Assembly: GCF_964213995.1 (NCBI RefSeq)
Contig: NC_135807.1
Location: 87,730,001-87,794,000 of the forward strand
Origin: Mustelus asterias
Taxonomy: Eukaryota
Direction of reading: 5' to 3'
DNA: 64,000 nt
Position 1 is the first letter of the stretch. Every line of letters begins with the position of its first letter. Below, in pieces: positions 40,993-51,196 of this stretch. The notes beneath the pieces were generated by a model that was not told the DNA's origin, searched no databases, and saw only the letters and a list, made by a program, of their open reading frames with translations. A program made the position numbers and the translations under genes.

Positions 40993-41637
40993 GTGGACAG
41001 AGTACCCTTCGTCGTCCAGTACTTCCCCGGAGCGGAGAAGCTACGGCATCTCCTCCGGAGCCTTCAACATGTCATTGATGAAGACGAACATCTCACCAAG
41101 GCCATTCCCACACCCCCACTTCTTGCTTTCAAACAACCGCACAGCCTCAAACAGACCATTGTCCGCAGCAAACTACCCAGCCTTCAGGAGAACAGTGACC
41201 ATGGCACCACACAATCCTGCCACAGCAACCTCTGCAAGACGTGCCAGATCATCGACATGGATGCCATCATCTCACGCAAGAACACCATCTACCAGGTACA
41301 CGGTACATACTCTTGCAACTCAGCCAACATTGTCTACCTGTTACGCAGCCGGAAAGGATGTCCCGAGGCATGGTACATTGGGGAAATCATGCAGACGCTA
41401 CGACAATGGATGAATGAACACCGCTCGACAATCACCAGGCAAGACTGTTCTCTTCCTGCTGGAGAGCACTTCAGCGGTCATGGGCATTCAGCCTCTGATC
41501 TCTGGGTAAGCGTTCTCCAAAGCGGCCTTCATGACACACGACAGCGCAGAGTCACTGAGCAGAGACTGATAGCCAGGTTCCACACACATGAGGACGGCCT
41601 CAACCGGGATATTGGGTTCATGTCACACTATCTGTAA
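40993..41637 (+). pseudogene. PLE C-terminal region with GIY-YIG endonuclease (truncated ORF)
   Basis: NIVYLL...WYIGE...LRQWMNEHR and EHFSGHGH...GLNRD motifs, with the CHSNLCKTC cysteine linker typical of PLE endonucleases. Confidence 0.88.
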
Positions 41638-41846
41638 CCCCCACAACCTGCCTGGATGTGCAAAATCTCACTAGCTGTCCTGTCTGGAGACAATACACAT
41701 CTCTTTAACCTGTGCTTAATGCTCCCTCCACTCACATTGTCTGTACCTTTAAGACTTGATTAGCGGTAAAGACTCACATTCCAATCATTATTCATGTAAA
41801 TTGAGTTTGTGTCTTTGTGCCCCCTGTTTGTAATCAGAACTCCCAC

Positions 41847-41885
41847 CCACCTGACGAAGGGACAGCCTGTTCCGAAAGCTAGTGG
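41847..41885 (+). ncRNA. Minimal type I hammerhead ribozyme motif in the PLE terminal repeat
   Basis: CCAC-CTGACGA-A-[GGGACA gcc TGTTCC]-GAAA-GC-TA-GTGG: both catalytic core boxes, stem I (CCAC/GTGG), stem II and a short palindromic stem III. Confidence 0.75.
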
Positions 41886-44269
41886 CTTTTGCTCCAAAAT
41901 AAACCTGTTGGACTTTAACCTGGTGTTGTGAGACTTCTTACTGTGTTTACCCCAGTCCAACGCCGGCATCTCCACATCAAGGTTGGTGAGGGTCATAGCT
42001 GACATGCCTAATTTCCTTTGTCTTCTGAGAAAATAGAGGCGTTAGTGGGCTTTCTTAACTATAGCATTGGCATGGAGGGACCAGGACGGGTTGTTGGTGA
42101 TCTGGACACCTAAAAGCTTGAAGCTCTCGACCATTTCTACTTCGTCCCCATTCCTGTAGACAGGGGCATGTTCTCCACTATGCTTCCTGAAGCCGATGAC
42201 TATCTCCTTCGTTTTGTTGACATTGAGGGAGAGATTATTGTTGTTGCACCAGTTCACCAGATTCTCTATCTCTTTTCTGAGAAAGAGGAAAACCTCTTGA
42301 GTGATTTATCAGTTATAAGGAGACGAGGGCTGATGAAAAAGCCTACAAGTGGGATAATGGCTGCTTATAGTAGCAGAGTCTGCTGCTGTAGGTGGCGGCA
42401 TCTGGCTGTCAGTAGAATTTATTTCTTAAGATTTTATAGGCTGATGTTACAAATGAGGAGAGAATGAGAAGGAAAGAAGTCTGGAGACAGGGCTTCCTTG
42501 GAAACTGAGGACTCCAGCAGGTGCACCAGAGATCACTGTCCCATGGGGATCCATGGTAACAGAAAGCACTACCCTGTGCGGAGAGTCTACAGGCAGAGGA
42601 TGAATGACCTTCAGCTATGAGTGCCAGTGCCTTTGCAGATGTACTAGTACGCCTGTCCCAATTTCGGGGCAGGCGAGGTTCGCAGAACAGCATTCTCTGT
42701 TGGCCTCGGGCACGATCTTACGAGCCTCGGGTGGGCATGCCGGTAAAATTCCGGCCGGGATCTCTCCTGGGAGACAGTGACCTCCCTTGGTGAATTGCTG
42801 GTTGGGTAGATCAGTTGAAATTGTGTTTGTGGCCACCCTATGCACTGGGGTCATTCCAGGAATCAGCTGGAAAACTTTATGGCATATCTCAAGCTTCAGA
42901 TTACCATTGTGTAAATATAATCTTGGATGCAATGTCTAAACGAGTGAATGACTTCATCTCCTTCACCACTAATGACATTAAGTCGAGTTGAGAGAGACAG
43001 AAGCTTTGTGTGTGTGGCTGGATTCACCAAAGTTCAAGGTGTTATAGATGGTACACACATGGCTATCAAAGCTCCATCAGGCCAGCCTGGAGCCGTGTGT
43101 CAATCACAAAGTTTTCATTCCATCAATGTCCAACTTGTCTGTCACCATCGTTACAGGGTCATATAAGTGTGTGCCTGTTATCCTGGGAGTAGTCACAACT
43201 TTTACATCCTTAGATTTTCCCAGATGCCAAGGCTTTTCTGTCCACCAGGGCTACTGAAGGGATGGCTTCTTGGAGAGACGGGACAACCACTGAAGAGATG
43301 GCTGTGACCTCATTGAGAACTCCACAGACAGAGTCTGATATGTGGTACAATAGGAGCCAGGCATCTGCAACATTCCCTGGCTTGTTACTCACTAATCTTC
43401 ATGCCATATGCAGCCTGGCACTCCAGAGGGCAGAGATATTCTAATGAAATAAGCCAAATCCACTGACTATGAATCTCAGGAGAGTCTGAGGATGAGCAGG
43501 AAGTCACCAATGAACTGTGTGGCTGCCTGTGCTCTGAGCCCCACCAGTTAGGCCGGCAGCTGTAAGAGGTGGTGAGGACTCAACGCAGAAAGCATTGGGA
43601 ATAGATGATTTTTCAGCCTCTGTGGAGTGACCAAGTTAAAAGGTAGAATGGGGCTCTTTTTCCTGAACATTTCTGATCCAGAAGGGGAATGGGACAGGTA
43701 TTCTCAGGTGGTGTTTCAAGGGTGCTGAATGAGATACTGGATTTTTCATGCATCTGCCACTAGCTCAAAACCAACGTGTCTTTAAATGGGTGGCTGTGAC
43801 CCACTTCCGGTTCATGACCTAACCCCACTCCCACCAAACATCTCACCCACACATTCGATTGGCTCTATGATTCACCGGGTGGCTGCTAATCGGCCAGCCG
43901 ATGCTTGTGTCACCATGCTGAAATGACTGGACCATACACTTCCCATTCCACCTCCCTCATCCTGACGGAAACCCTAAAATCCAACCCATTGTGTTAAAGG
44001 TAATCCTAAAATTTTACAAGCTTGCAAACAATCATTATATTGTAAAATCACAGTGATTTGTAAAAGAAGATTACATTTCTGACTCTTTTCATCTCGGCTA
44101 ATTGGGATTTAATTTAAGCCACTTGCTGCAATATAATTCCAATGAATACAGCTTTCCAGAGCTGCTAATTACGTTGTTTGATTGCTTGATGATTAGCTGT
44201 TTCTGCCACTTTATTAACAAATACGAAGACAATGAATTTGTTCTGATAATTATATTTTTAATTGTATAG

Positions 44270-44414
44270 ATCAACACCTCCCCAGTTACCTCGAAAGAGT
44301 ACCTCAGTGCAGCACAATGTACAATCAATATGTGGTAAAAGCAGAAAAGGTTGTGCGGCCTTTGAAATACCTTCCTTGGATAATGATGGGACCTTTGAAA
44401 CATTCAGGAGTAAG
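44270..44414 (+). CDS. Coding exon 3 (NQHLPSYLERVPQCSTMYNQYVVKAEKVVRPLKYLPWIMMGPLKHSGVR), carries the first putative catalytic His (HSGV)
   Basis: Acceptor tttttaattgtatag|AT and donor GTA AG|gtaaac; 145 nt, phase 1/2, open frame. Confidence 0.85.
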
Positions 44415-44692
44415 GTAAACTAAATATTTATAATTTTAATTTGCTAATTATAAATTAAATCTTAACAAATAGGACTAAACTAGGTCTGTTAGACTTCCAC
44501 AGTTTAGAAAGAGATTGTCGGTGCAGACTCGATGGGCCGAAAGGCCTCCTTCTGCACTATAAGATTCTATGATTGTGAGCAGGTATATTGGATCGTGCCT
44601 ACATTTGGGAGAGCCTACTTCCTCTTGTTGGTAGCTTGTGCGTTCCCCTTACACAGTTCTCCCTGCACAAAGTGTTCCTACTCCTCTGGACT

Positions 44693-44968
44693 CAAAGCAA
44701 AGTTTATTTATTAGTCACAAATAAGGCTTACATTAGCACTGCAATGAAGTTACTGTGAAATTCCCCTAGTTGCCACATTCTGGCGCCTGTTCAGGTCAAT
44801 GCATCTAACCAGCACGTCGTTCAAACTGTGGGAGGAAATCGGAACACCCGGAGGAAACCCACGCAGACACGGGGAGAACATGCAAACCCCACAGACAGTG
44901 ACCCAAGCCGGGAATCGAACCCGGGTCCCTGGCGCTGTGAGGCAGCAGTGCTAACCACTGTGCCACCG
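44693..44968 (-). mobile_element. SINE with an HE1-like head but a different 3' tail
   Basis: Head matches HE1; tail differs (tttattagtcaca...ggcttacatt...cactgcaatgaagttactg on +). A second copy lies at 46140-46388 plus 51392-51429. Confidence 0.75.
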
Positions 44969-46476
44969 TAGACTGGAGGTCACTGCATCGACTCAACAAC
45001 AGCAGCCTGTATTTGGGAGGGCCCAGGGCATTAGCCCAGCGAGGGGCGGGTGGCCTGCCACACCGGAGCATGACGAGCAAACCTGTACAGGGTTGTTTGC
45101 AGCCTCCCGGAGGAGGTGAGGAGTACCTTGTTCAAAGGGACTCAGCACCTGCTTAAGAATGGGGAGGATTGCTGAGAGCAGCCCCCCTCCCCACCCCGCA
45201 TCCCTTACTAATGACCACACTCCCCTGATCCCCCCCAAATCATGACCTCCATCTGACGTGGGGGCCTGTGATCCAGTGACAGTCGTAGGCCTCGGTTGGG
45301 TGTCATACTGGCAGGTGGTGTGGTGGAATTTGATTTTGGTTCCTATTCCATGCCGGTTACTGTCACCACTCGAGACTGTCACATTTATTTGCAAAGGTCA
45401 ATTACTTTATTTCCACCAACTATCAGTGCAGGCTTAGTGGGCCGAAGGGCCTGTTCCTGTGCTGTATTGTTCCTTGAGGCAGAGAATGCCAACTCACAGC
45501 CTATTGCAGAGCAACACAAGCTGCTTTTTCCGGAAATGTAGGGCTTTCAGCCCATTAGAAATGAAGTACTTGCCCCAGATGCCTTACCTCCCGGCGAACG
45601 ATAGATACAGTTGAATGCCTTTGTCATAGGTGTTTCTCCAACTTGCTTGAAGTGGTAATTTTGGTCACAGCTTAAATACAAAATTGGCTGTTTGTTTAAG
45701 GTCCATTAAGTGCAAGAGAAGACATAACAGCATGCCGGGCGTCTTCTGGCACCGAGCCACCTTACCGTTAGTGATACTTTATTCAGCATTCGGTCTGGCT
45801 GTCTGTACTGCAAAGCTGTTACAAAACCAAGATTAAATAACATGGGCTGTGTCTCTTAAAATTAAGGACTTTCCATGTTTTTCAACAATTACAATTTTAA
45901 TGAGATGAACAAACACGTGCTTAAGAGAGAAAAAAATGGGACTTGCCGGCTGCAAGATGCAGAGATAGATGATACATTTGGAAGGGAGCCAGGAACAACT
46001 GAAGAAATATTTCATTCAAGTGTGAGGTGTGGATGGAACATAAAAATCTTGTTTTTTCTCGGCTGATCGCATAATCACATAGAACAGCAGGGGTATAAGG
46101 CACAGGGAGGTCGATGGAAAGGGAAATCAGACAGGAACTAAAGTTAAAAGTTAAAGTTAATTTATTAGTCACAGGTAAGGCTTACATTAACACTGCAATC
46201 AAGTTACTGAGAAATTCCCCTGCTTGCCACACTCCGGCGCCTGTTCGGGTCAATGCACCCAACCAGCATGTCTTTCGGACTGTGGGAGGAAACCGGAGCA
46301 CCCGGAGGAAACCTGCGCAGACACAGGGAGAACATGCAGCCTCCACACAGACAGTGAACGAAACCGAGAATCGAACCCAGGTCCCTGGTAAATCTCACTA
46401 GCTGTCCTGTCTGGAGACAATACACATCTCTTTAACCTGTGCTTAATGCTCCCTCCACTCACATTGTCTGTACCTT

Positions 46477-46770
46477 TGTGGTGAACCATCGTTGGTTCAC
46501 CACTGGGGATGTTATTGTATTACTGTTGGGCTAGGGTGTTGTTGTTATGGGGGTTGTACTATGTTGTTGGGATAGGGTGTTTACCTGTCCTGGGTGTTAT
46601 CATGGCACACTCCAGTGGGGTCCCGCCTCCGGTGGCAGGGTATAAGACCCCCTGCTCCGGCAGGACCCCTTCAGTCTGAACGGGTGAATTTGTGTTAGTA
46701 GTTTCATTGTTAATGTATTAAAGCCTTCAGTTCTAAAGCCTTGTTTCCGGGTGCTCATTGAGGTGCATCA
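46477..46770 (+). repeat. 5' LTR of the Gypsy element
   Basis: Direct repeat of 50903-51196; TATAAG at 46641, Inr-like TCAGT at 46671, ATTAAA at 46717-46722. Confidence 0.95.
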
Positions 46771-46792
46771 ATTTAATACATTAACTGAGAAT

Positions 46793-49700
46793 ATGGAACA
46801 GATCCTAAAACCGGATCGTCTGACACTGGACCCACGTGCGGTCGGTGCAGCTAACACGTTCGAACATTGGTGGAAGTGCTTCGAGGACTACCTGGCAGCC
46901 TCGGTAGCTATCACTACAGACAGTGATAGACTCCAGGTCCTCCACGCAAGGGTAAGCGACACGATTTACCTAGCCATTCGTGCAGCTTCCACTTACCAGG
47001 GTGCCGTCGAGCTCCTAAAGAATAGGTACATTACGCCACCCAACGAGATTCACGCTCGTTATCTCCTCGCTACACGACGTCGGCAGTCGGGCGAGACCAT
47101 AGAAGACTACGCCAATGAACTCCTGCAGCTTGCCAGGGGTTGTGACTGTAAGGATGTCTCCGCCGAGCAGTACATGCAAGACCTCGCCCGAGACGCGTTC
47201 GTAGCAGGGGTAGGGTCCTCGTACATCAGACTTAAATTATTAGAAAAGGGGAAACTCAACTTGACCCAGGCAATGGGGATGGCCGTGAGGTTGGAGGCGG
47301 CGTCGAAGAGCTTGGCGCTGTACCCCGAGGACCACGTGCAGTCAACGTGGTTGGAGCAAGCTCTGCTCCCTCCTCGCCCCGCGAACCCGCGCTCCCAGAT
47401 CGATTCGACGACGGCGGCAGCTCCAGGTGGCCAGCGATGCTATTTTTGCGGTGGGGCCAAGCATCCACGGCAACAGTGTCCGGCAAGAACGGCAATCTGC
47501 AGCCAGTGCGGTAAAAAAGGCCACTACGGCAAAGTCTGCAGGTCCAAACCTAAAAACGGCAGTGCAGCTTGTAACCCTCCAGAACGGAGACCATCTCTTT
47601 CGGCGCTGCAGTACCCACGAGGTCCGACCACGTGCGATCTCAGGACGGCGCCATCGTGGCAGACAGAGGAGGAGGAAGACCACCAGGAGTCGCTGCGCTT
47701 GGAGCCCTCGGCCACATGCGATTCATGGGGGCGGCCATCATGGTCCACGACGACTAGGAGCGACCAGCAGGGGTCCTCAGCATCCACATCGGCAGCATGC
47801 AGCAGCGACCAGCAGGGGTCCTCAGCATCCACATCGGCAGCATGCAGTGACGCCCAGGGGCCAACGGTGGCGTCGATCTCTCTGGATCAGACCAGGCATT
47901 ACAGACTGGAACATTCTATGATGGAGGTAAAGGTTAGTGGCAGAACTGTAAATTGTCTGTTTGACAGTGGGAGCACCGAAAGTTTCATACACCCTGAAAC
48001 TGCTAAAAGGTGTGGACTCCGGGTTCTCCCTGCCAAACAGACAATTTCCATGGCATCACAGTCCCGGTCTGTACCGATCCAAGGACAATGTATGGTAACT
48101 CTTGAGGTACAGGGCACAGTTTACGAGCAATACAGGCTCCTTGTGCTACCTCACCTTTGCGCGCCAATTCTCCTCGGACTAAACTTTATGGCCCACATGA
48201 GGAGTGTGATCCTACAGTACGGTGGGCCACTCCCTTCACTGGCAGTAGGGAACCAGCCGCAGCCTCCAAATTGCCCAAAGCGCCCCGCGTGCAATCTATC
48301 CACCCTGAAGATCACGACACCATCCCTTTTTAAAAATCTGGTACCTGGCTGCAAGCCCATCGCTACTAAAAGTAGGCGTTACAGCGCTGAGGACCGGATC
48401 TTTATTAGATCTGAGGTTCAGCGGCTCCTCAAGGAAGGGATCATACAGGCCAGTGCTAGTCCGTGGAGAGCGCAGGTCGTGGTAGTCAAAAGCGGGAACA
48501 AACCTCGGATGGTCATCGACTATAGTCAGACCATTAATAGATACACGCAGCTGGATGCGTATCCTCTCCCGCGCATTTCTGATATGGTCAATCAGATTGC
48601 GCAGTACCGAGTGTTTTCTACCATAGACCTTACGTCCGCCTACCATCAACTCCCCATCCGCCCAGAGGACCGACAATATACGGCTTTTGAGGCGGATGGT
48701 CGTCTATACCAATTCCTCAGGGTTCCATTTGGTGTCACCAATGGGGTCTCGGTCTTCCAGCGTGCTATGGACCGAATGGTGGACCAGAACGGGTTGCGGG
48801 CTACCTTCCCGTACCTGGATAACGTCACCATCTGCGGCCATGACCAGCAGGACCACGACACGAATCTCCAACACTTTCTACGCACTGCATCTCGCCTGAA
48901 TCTGACCTATAACAGGGAGAAGTGCGTATTCCGTACGCATAGGTTAGCCATCCTCGGATACGTGGTGGAAAACGGGGTCATTGGCCCTGATCCAGACCGT
49001 ATGCGCCCACTCACTGAACTTCCCTTGCCCGCTAGCACGAAAGCACTGAGGAGATGCCTCGGGTTCTTTTCGTATTATGCACAGTGGGTCCCCAACTACG
49101 CGGACAAAGCTCGTCCGCTCATTAAGTCCACGACCTTCCCACTTACGCCGGAGGCCCAATTGGCCTTCAAGGTTTTGAAGAGCGACATCTCGAAAGCCAC
49201 GATGCACGCGGTGGATGAATCCATCCCTTTCCAGGTGGAGAGTGATGCATCGGACTTCGCCCTAGCCGCCACACTAAACCAGGCAGGCAGGCCCGTCGCG
49301 TTTTTTTCCCGCACCCTTCAAGGCCCAGAGATTCGGCACTCAGCGGTGGAAAAGGAGGCTCAGGCCATTGTGGAGGCAGTCAGACACTGGCGCCATTACC
49401 TGGCAGGTAAGCGGTTCACCCTGATCACGGATCAACGATCCGTGGCGTTTATGTTCAGTAACACGCAGAGGGGCAAGATCAAGAACGATAAGATCTTGCG
49501 GTGGAGAATTGAGCTCTCCACCTATAATTACGATATTATGTATCGTCCAGGGAAGCTCAATGAGCCCTCGGATGCCCTCTCGCGCGGAACATGCGCCATC
49601 ATGCAGGAGGACCGCTTGAAGGCTCTCCACAATGATCTGTGTCATCCTGGAGTCACCAGACTCTACCACTTCATAAAAGCCCGCAACCTACCCTACTCGG

Positions 49701-50830
49701 TGGAGGAGGTCAGGTCAGTTACTAGAAGTTGTCGGATTTGCGCAGAATGCAAACCACACTTTTATCGACCAGACCGGGCACATTTGGTCAAGGCCACTCG
49801 CCCTTTTGAGAGGCTGAGTGTAGATTTTAAGGGCCCCCTTCCCTCAACGGATCGGAATGTCTATTTTCTTAACATAATAGACGAATTTTCCCGGTTTCCG
49901 TTTGTTTTCCCCTGTGCGGACACGTCGACTGCCACCGTCATCAAGGCATTCAGTGAGCTTTTTACCCTGTTCGGGTACCCCTGCTATATTCATAGCGACA
50001 GGGGCTCGTCGTTCATGAGCAACGACTTGAGGCAATTCCTGCTCTCATTCGGGATTGCCTCTAGTAGAACCACGAGCTACAACCCTAGGGGTAACGGACA
50101 GGTGGAAAGGGAGAATGCTACAGTCTGGAAGGCTGTCCTACTGGCACTGAAATCCAAGGGCCTTCCAGTCTCCCGGTGGCAGGAGGTCCTTCCAACTGCG
50201 CTCCATTCTATCCGCTCCCTCCTGTGTACGGCAACCAATGCTACTCCCCACGAGAGGATGTTCTCATTCCCTCGGAAGTCGTCCTCGGGGACCTCATTGC
50301 CAGCCTGGTTGACGTACCCAGGACCCGTCCTTCTGCGGCGCCATGTGAGGGCTCGCAAGTCCGACCCCTTGGTCAAACCGGTCCAACTCCTCCACGCCAA
50401 CCCTCAGTATGCCTATGTGGCATATCCTGACGGGCGAGAGGACACTGTCTCCATTAGAGACCTGGCGCCCGCAGGGGACGTAGCAACTCCTGTCGCTCCT
50501 ATTCCCCCAGTCACAGATCCACTACTCCTCATTACTTCCCCAGACGTGGCGCGGTCAGCACCGGGACCAGTGCATAACACTTTTACTCCCATGTACAGCT
50601 TGCCTGAGACTCGGAGATCGGCGCCACCATCATCACCACCACCACCACCACCAAACGTTCCAGGATCCCCTACACCATCGCCTCATCAGGGCCGGCCGGC
50701 CCGGGAGTCTTTGAGGGGACAGCCAGATGTTGTTTTGAGAGAGCCACCGCAAGCACCTGCTCCGGTTTCGCAACCGGTGTTGAGAAGATCGCAGCGTCGG
50801 TGTGGTCCTCCAGACCGTCTGGACTTGTGA
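46793..50830 (+). CDS. Gag-Pol polyprotein (1345 aa from the first ATG): Gag with tandem zinc knuckles, aspartic protease, RT, RNase H, integrase
   Basis: CYFCGGAKHPRQQC and CSQCGKKGHYGKVC knuckles; LFDSGS protease; RT motifs IDLTSAYHQ, PFGV and YLDN; RNase H SDAS/EKEA/TDQ/DALSR; integrase HHCC plus D-D-E (SVDFKG, HSDRG, VEREN). Domain order PR-RT-RH-IN is Gypsy. Confidence 0.96.
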   Translation: MEQILKPDRLTLDPRAVGAANTFEHWWKCFEDYLAASVAITTDSDRLQVLHARVSDTIYLAIRAASTYQGAVELLKNRYITPPNEIHARYLLATRRRQSGETIEDYANELLQLARGCDCKDVSAEQYMQDLARDAFVAGVGSSYIRLKLLEKGKLNLTQAMGMAVRLEAASKSLALYPEDHVQSTWLEQALLPPRPANPRSQIDSTTAAAPGGQRCYFCGGAKHPRQQCPARTAICSQCGKKGHYGKVCRSKPKNGSAACNPPERRPSLSALQYPRGPTTCDLRTAPSWQTEEEEDHQESLRLEPSATCDSWGRPSWSTTTRSDQQGSSASTSAACSSDQQGSSASTSAACSDAQGPTVASISLDQTRHYRLEHSMMEVKVSGRTVNCLFDSGSTESFIHPETAKRCGLRVLPAKQTISMASQSRSVPIQGQCMVTLEVQGTVYEQYRLLVLPHLCAPILLGLNFMAHMRSVILQYGGPLPSLAVGNQPQPPNCPKRPACNLSTLKITTPSLFKNLVPGCKPIATKSRRYSAEDRIFIRSEVQRLLKEGIIQASASPWRAQVVVVKSGNKPRMVIDYSQTINRYTQLDAYPLPRISDMVNQIAQYRVFSTIDLTSAYHQLPIRPEDRQYTAFEADGRLYQFLRVPFGVTNGVSVFQRAMDRMVDQNGLRATFPYLDNVTICGHDQQDHDTNLQHFLRTASRLNLTYNREKCVFRTHRLAILGYVVENGVIGPDPDRMRPLTELPLPASTKALRRCLGFFSYYAQWVPNYADKARPLIKSTTFPLTPEAQLAFKVLKSDISKATMHAVDESIPFQVESDASDFALAATLNQAGRPVAFFSRTLQGPEIRHSAVEKEAQAIVEAVRHWRHYLAGKRFTLITDQRSVAFMFSNTQRGKIKNDKILRWRIELSTYNYDIMYRPGKLNEPSDALSRGTCAIMQEDRLKALHNDLCHPGVTRLYHFIKARNLPYSVEEVRSVTRSCRICAECKPHFYRPDRAHLVKATRPFERLSVDFKGPLPSTDRNVYFLNIIDEFSRFPFVFPCADTSTATVIKAFSELFTLFGYPCYIHSDRGSSFMSNDLRQFLLSFGIASSRTTSYNPRGNGQVERENATVWKAVLLALKSKGLPVSRWQEVLPTALHSIRSLLCTATNATPHERMFSFPRKSSSGTSLPAWLTYPGPVLLRRHVRARKSDPLVKPVQLLHANPQYAYVAYPDGREDTVSIRDLAPAGDVATPVAPIPPVTDPLLLITSPDVARSAPGPVHNTFTPMYSLPETRRSAPPSSPPPPPPNVPGSPTPSPHQGRPARESLRGQPDVVLREPPQAPAPVSQPVLRRSQRRCGPPDRLDL

Positions 50831-50902
50831 ATCCTGTTATTTTTTTTGTCATTGTCTGTTTTCATCCACCCCGCCACCTTTGGTTCCTAAAGGAGGGGTG
50901 AA

Positions 50903-51196
50903 TGTGGTGAACCATCGTTGGTTCACCACTGGGGTTGTTATTGTATTACTGTTGGGCTAGGGTGTTGTTGTTATGGGGGTTGTACTATGTTGTTGGGATA
51001 GGGTGTTTACCTGTCCTGGGTGTTATCATGGCACACTCCAGTGGGGTCCCGCCTCCGGTGGCAGGGTATAAGACCCCCTGCTCCGGCAGGACCCCTTCAG
51101 TCTGAACGGGTGAATTTGTGTTAGTAGTTTCATTGTTAATGTATTAAAGCCTTCAGTTCTAAAGCCTTGTTTCCGGGTGCTCATTGAGGTGCATCA
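50903..51196 (+). repeat. 3' LTR of the Gypsy element
   Basis: 293/294 identical to the 5' LTR by eye; preceded by a polypurine tract. Confidence 0.95.

Larger units (their letters stand above)
40227..41976 (+). mobile_element. 5'-truncated, 5'-inverted Penelope-like element (PLE)
   Basis: Minus-strand copy of the 3' end (40227-40881) faces a plus-strand copy (about 40884-41976); GIY-YIG ORF; duplicated target tcaaggttggtgag at 40213-40226 and 41977-41990. Confidence 0.9.
39720..42288 (-). mobile_element. Rex1/Babar-type LINE, 5'-truncated, interrupted by the PLE
   Basis: NWCNNNNLSLNVNKTKEIVIGFRKH...; (tttga)n tail at 39720; homologous to 57520-58493; possible TSD aaaacct (39713-39719, 42289-42295). 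Confidence 0.85.
39473..43987 (+). mobile_element. PIF/Harbinger DNA transposon relic with nested Rex1 and PLE
   Basis: 13-bp TIRs GGGTTGGATTTTA / TAAAATCCAACCC with a 3-bp TSD ATT on both sides; degenerate HARBI1-like transposase at about 42830-43450 (GFTKVQGVIDGTHMAIKAP, FHSINVQLVC, YPGSSH). Confidence 0.65.
46477..51196 (+). mobile_element. Full-length Ty3/Gypsy LTR retrotransposon (Mag-like, single ORF), very recent insertion
   Basis: 294-bp TG...CA LTRs at 46477-46770 and 50903-51196 with one mismatch seen; 5-bp TSD ACCTT (46472-46476, 51197-51201); polypurine tract aaaggaggggtgaa before the 3' LTR; intact ORF. Confidence 0.97.

Noticed and set aside
45701-45770. Candidate extra exon after tttgtttaag
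   Set aside because: Exons 3 and 4 already join in frame through HSGVR|VTV, no convincing donor follows, and the translations show no relevant motif.
46751-46792. ORF-track start of the Gypsy polyprotein at 46751
   Set aside because: It is a GTG inside the LTR; the first ATG after the LTR is at 46793.
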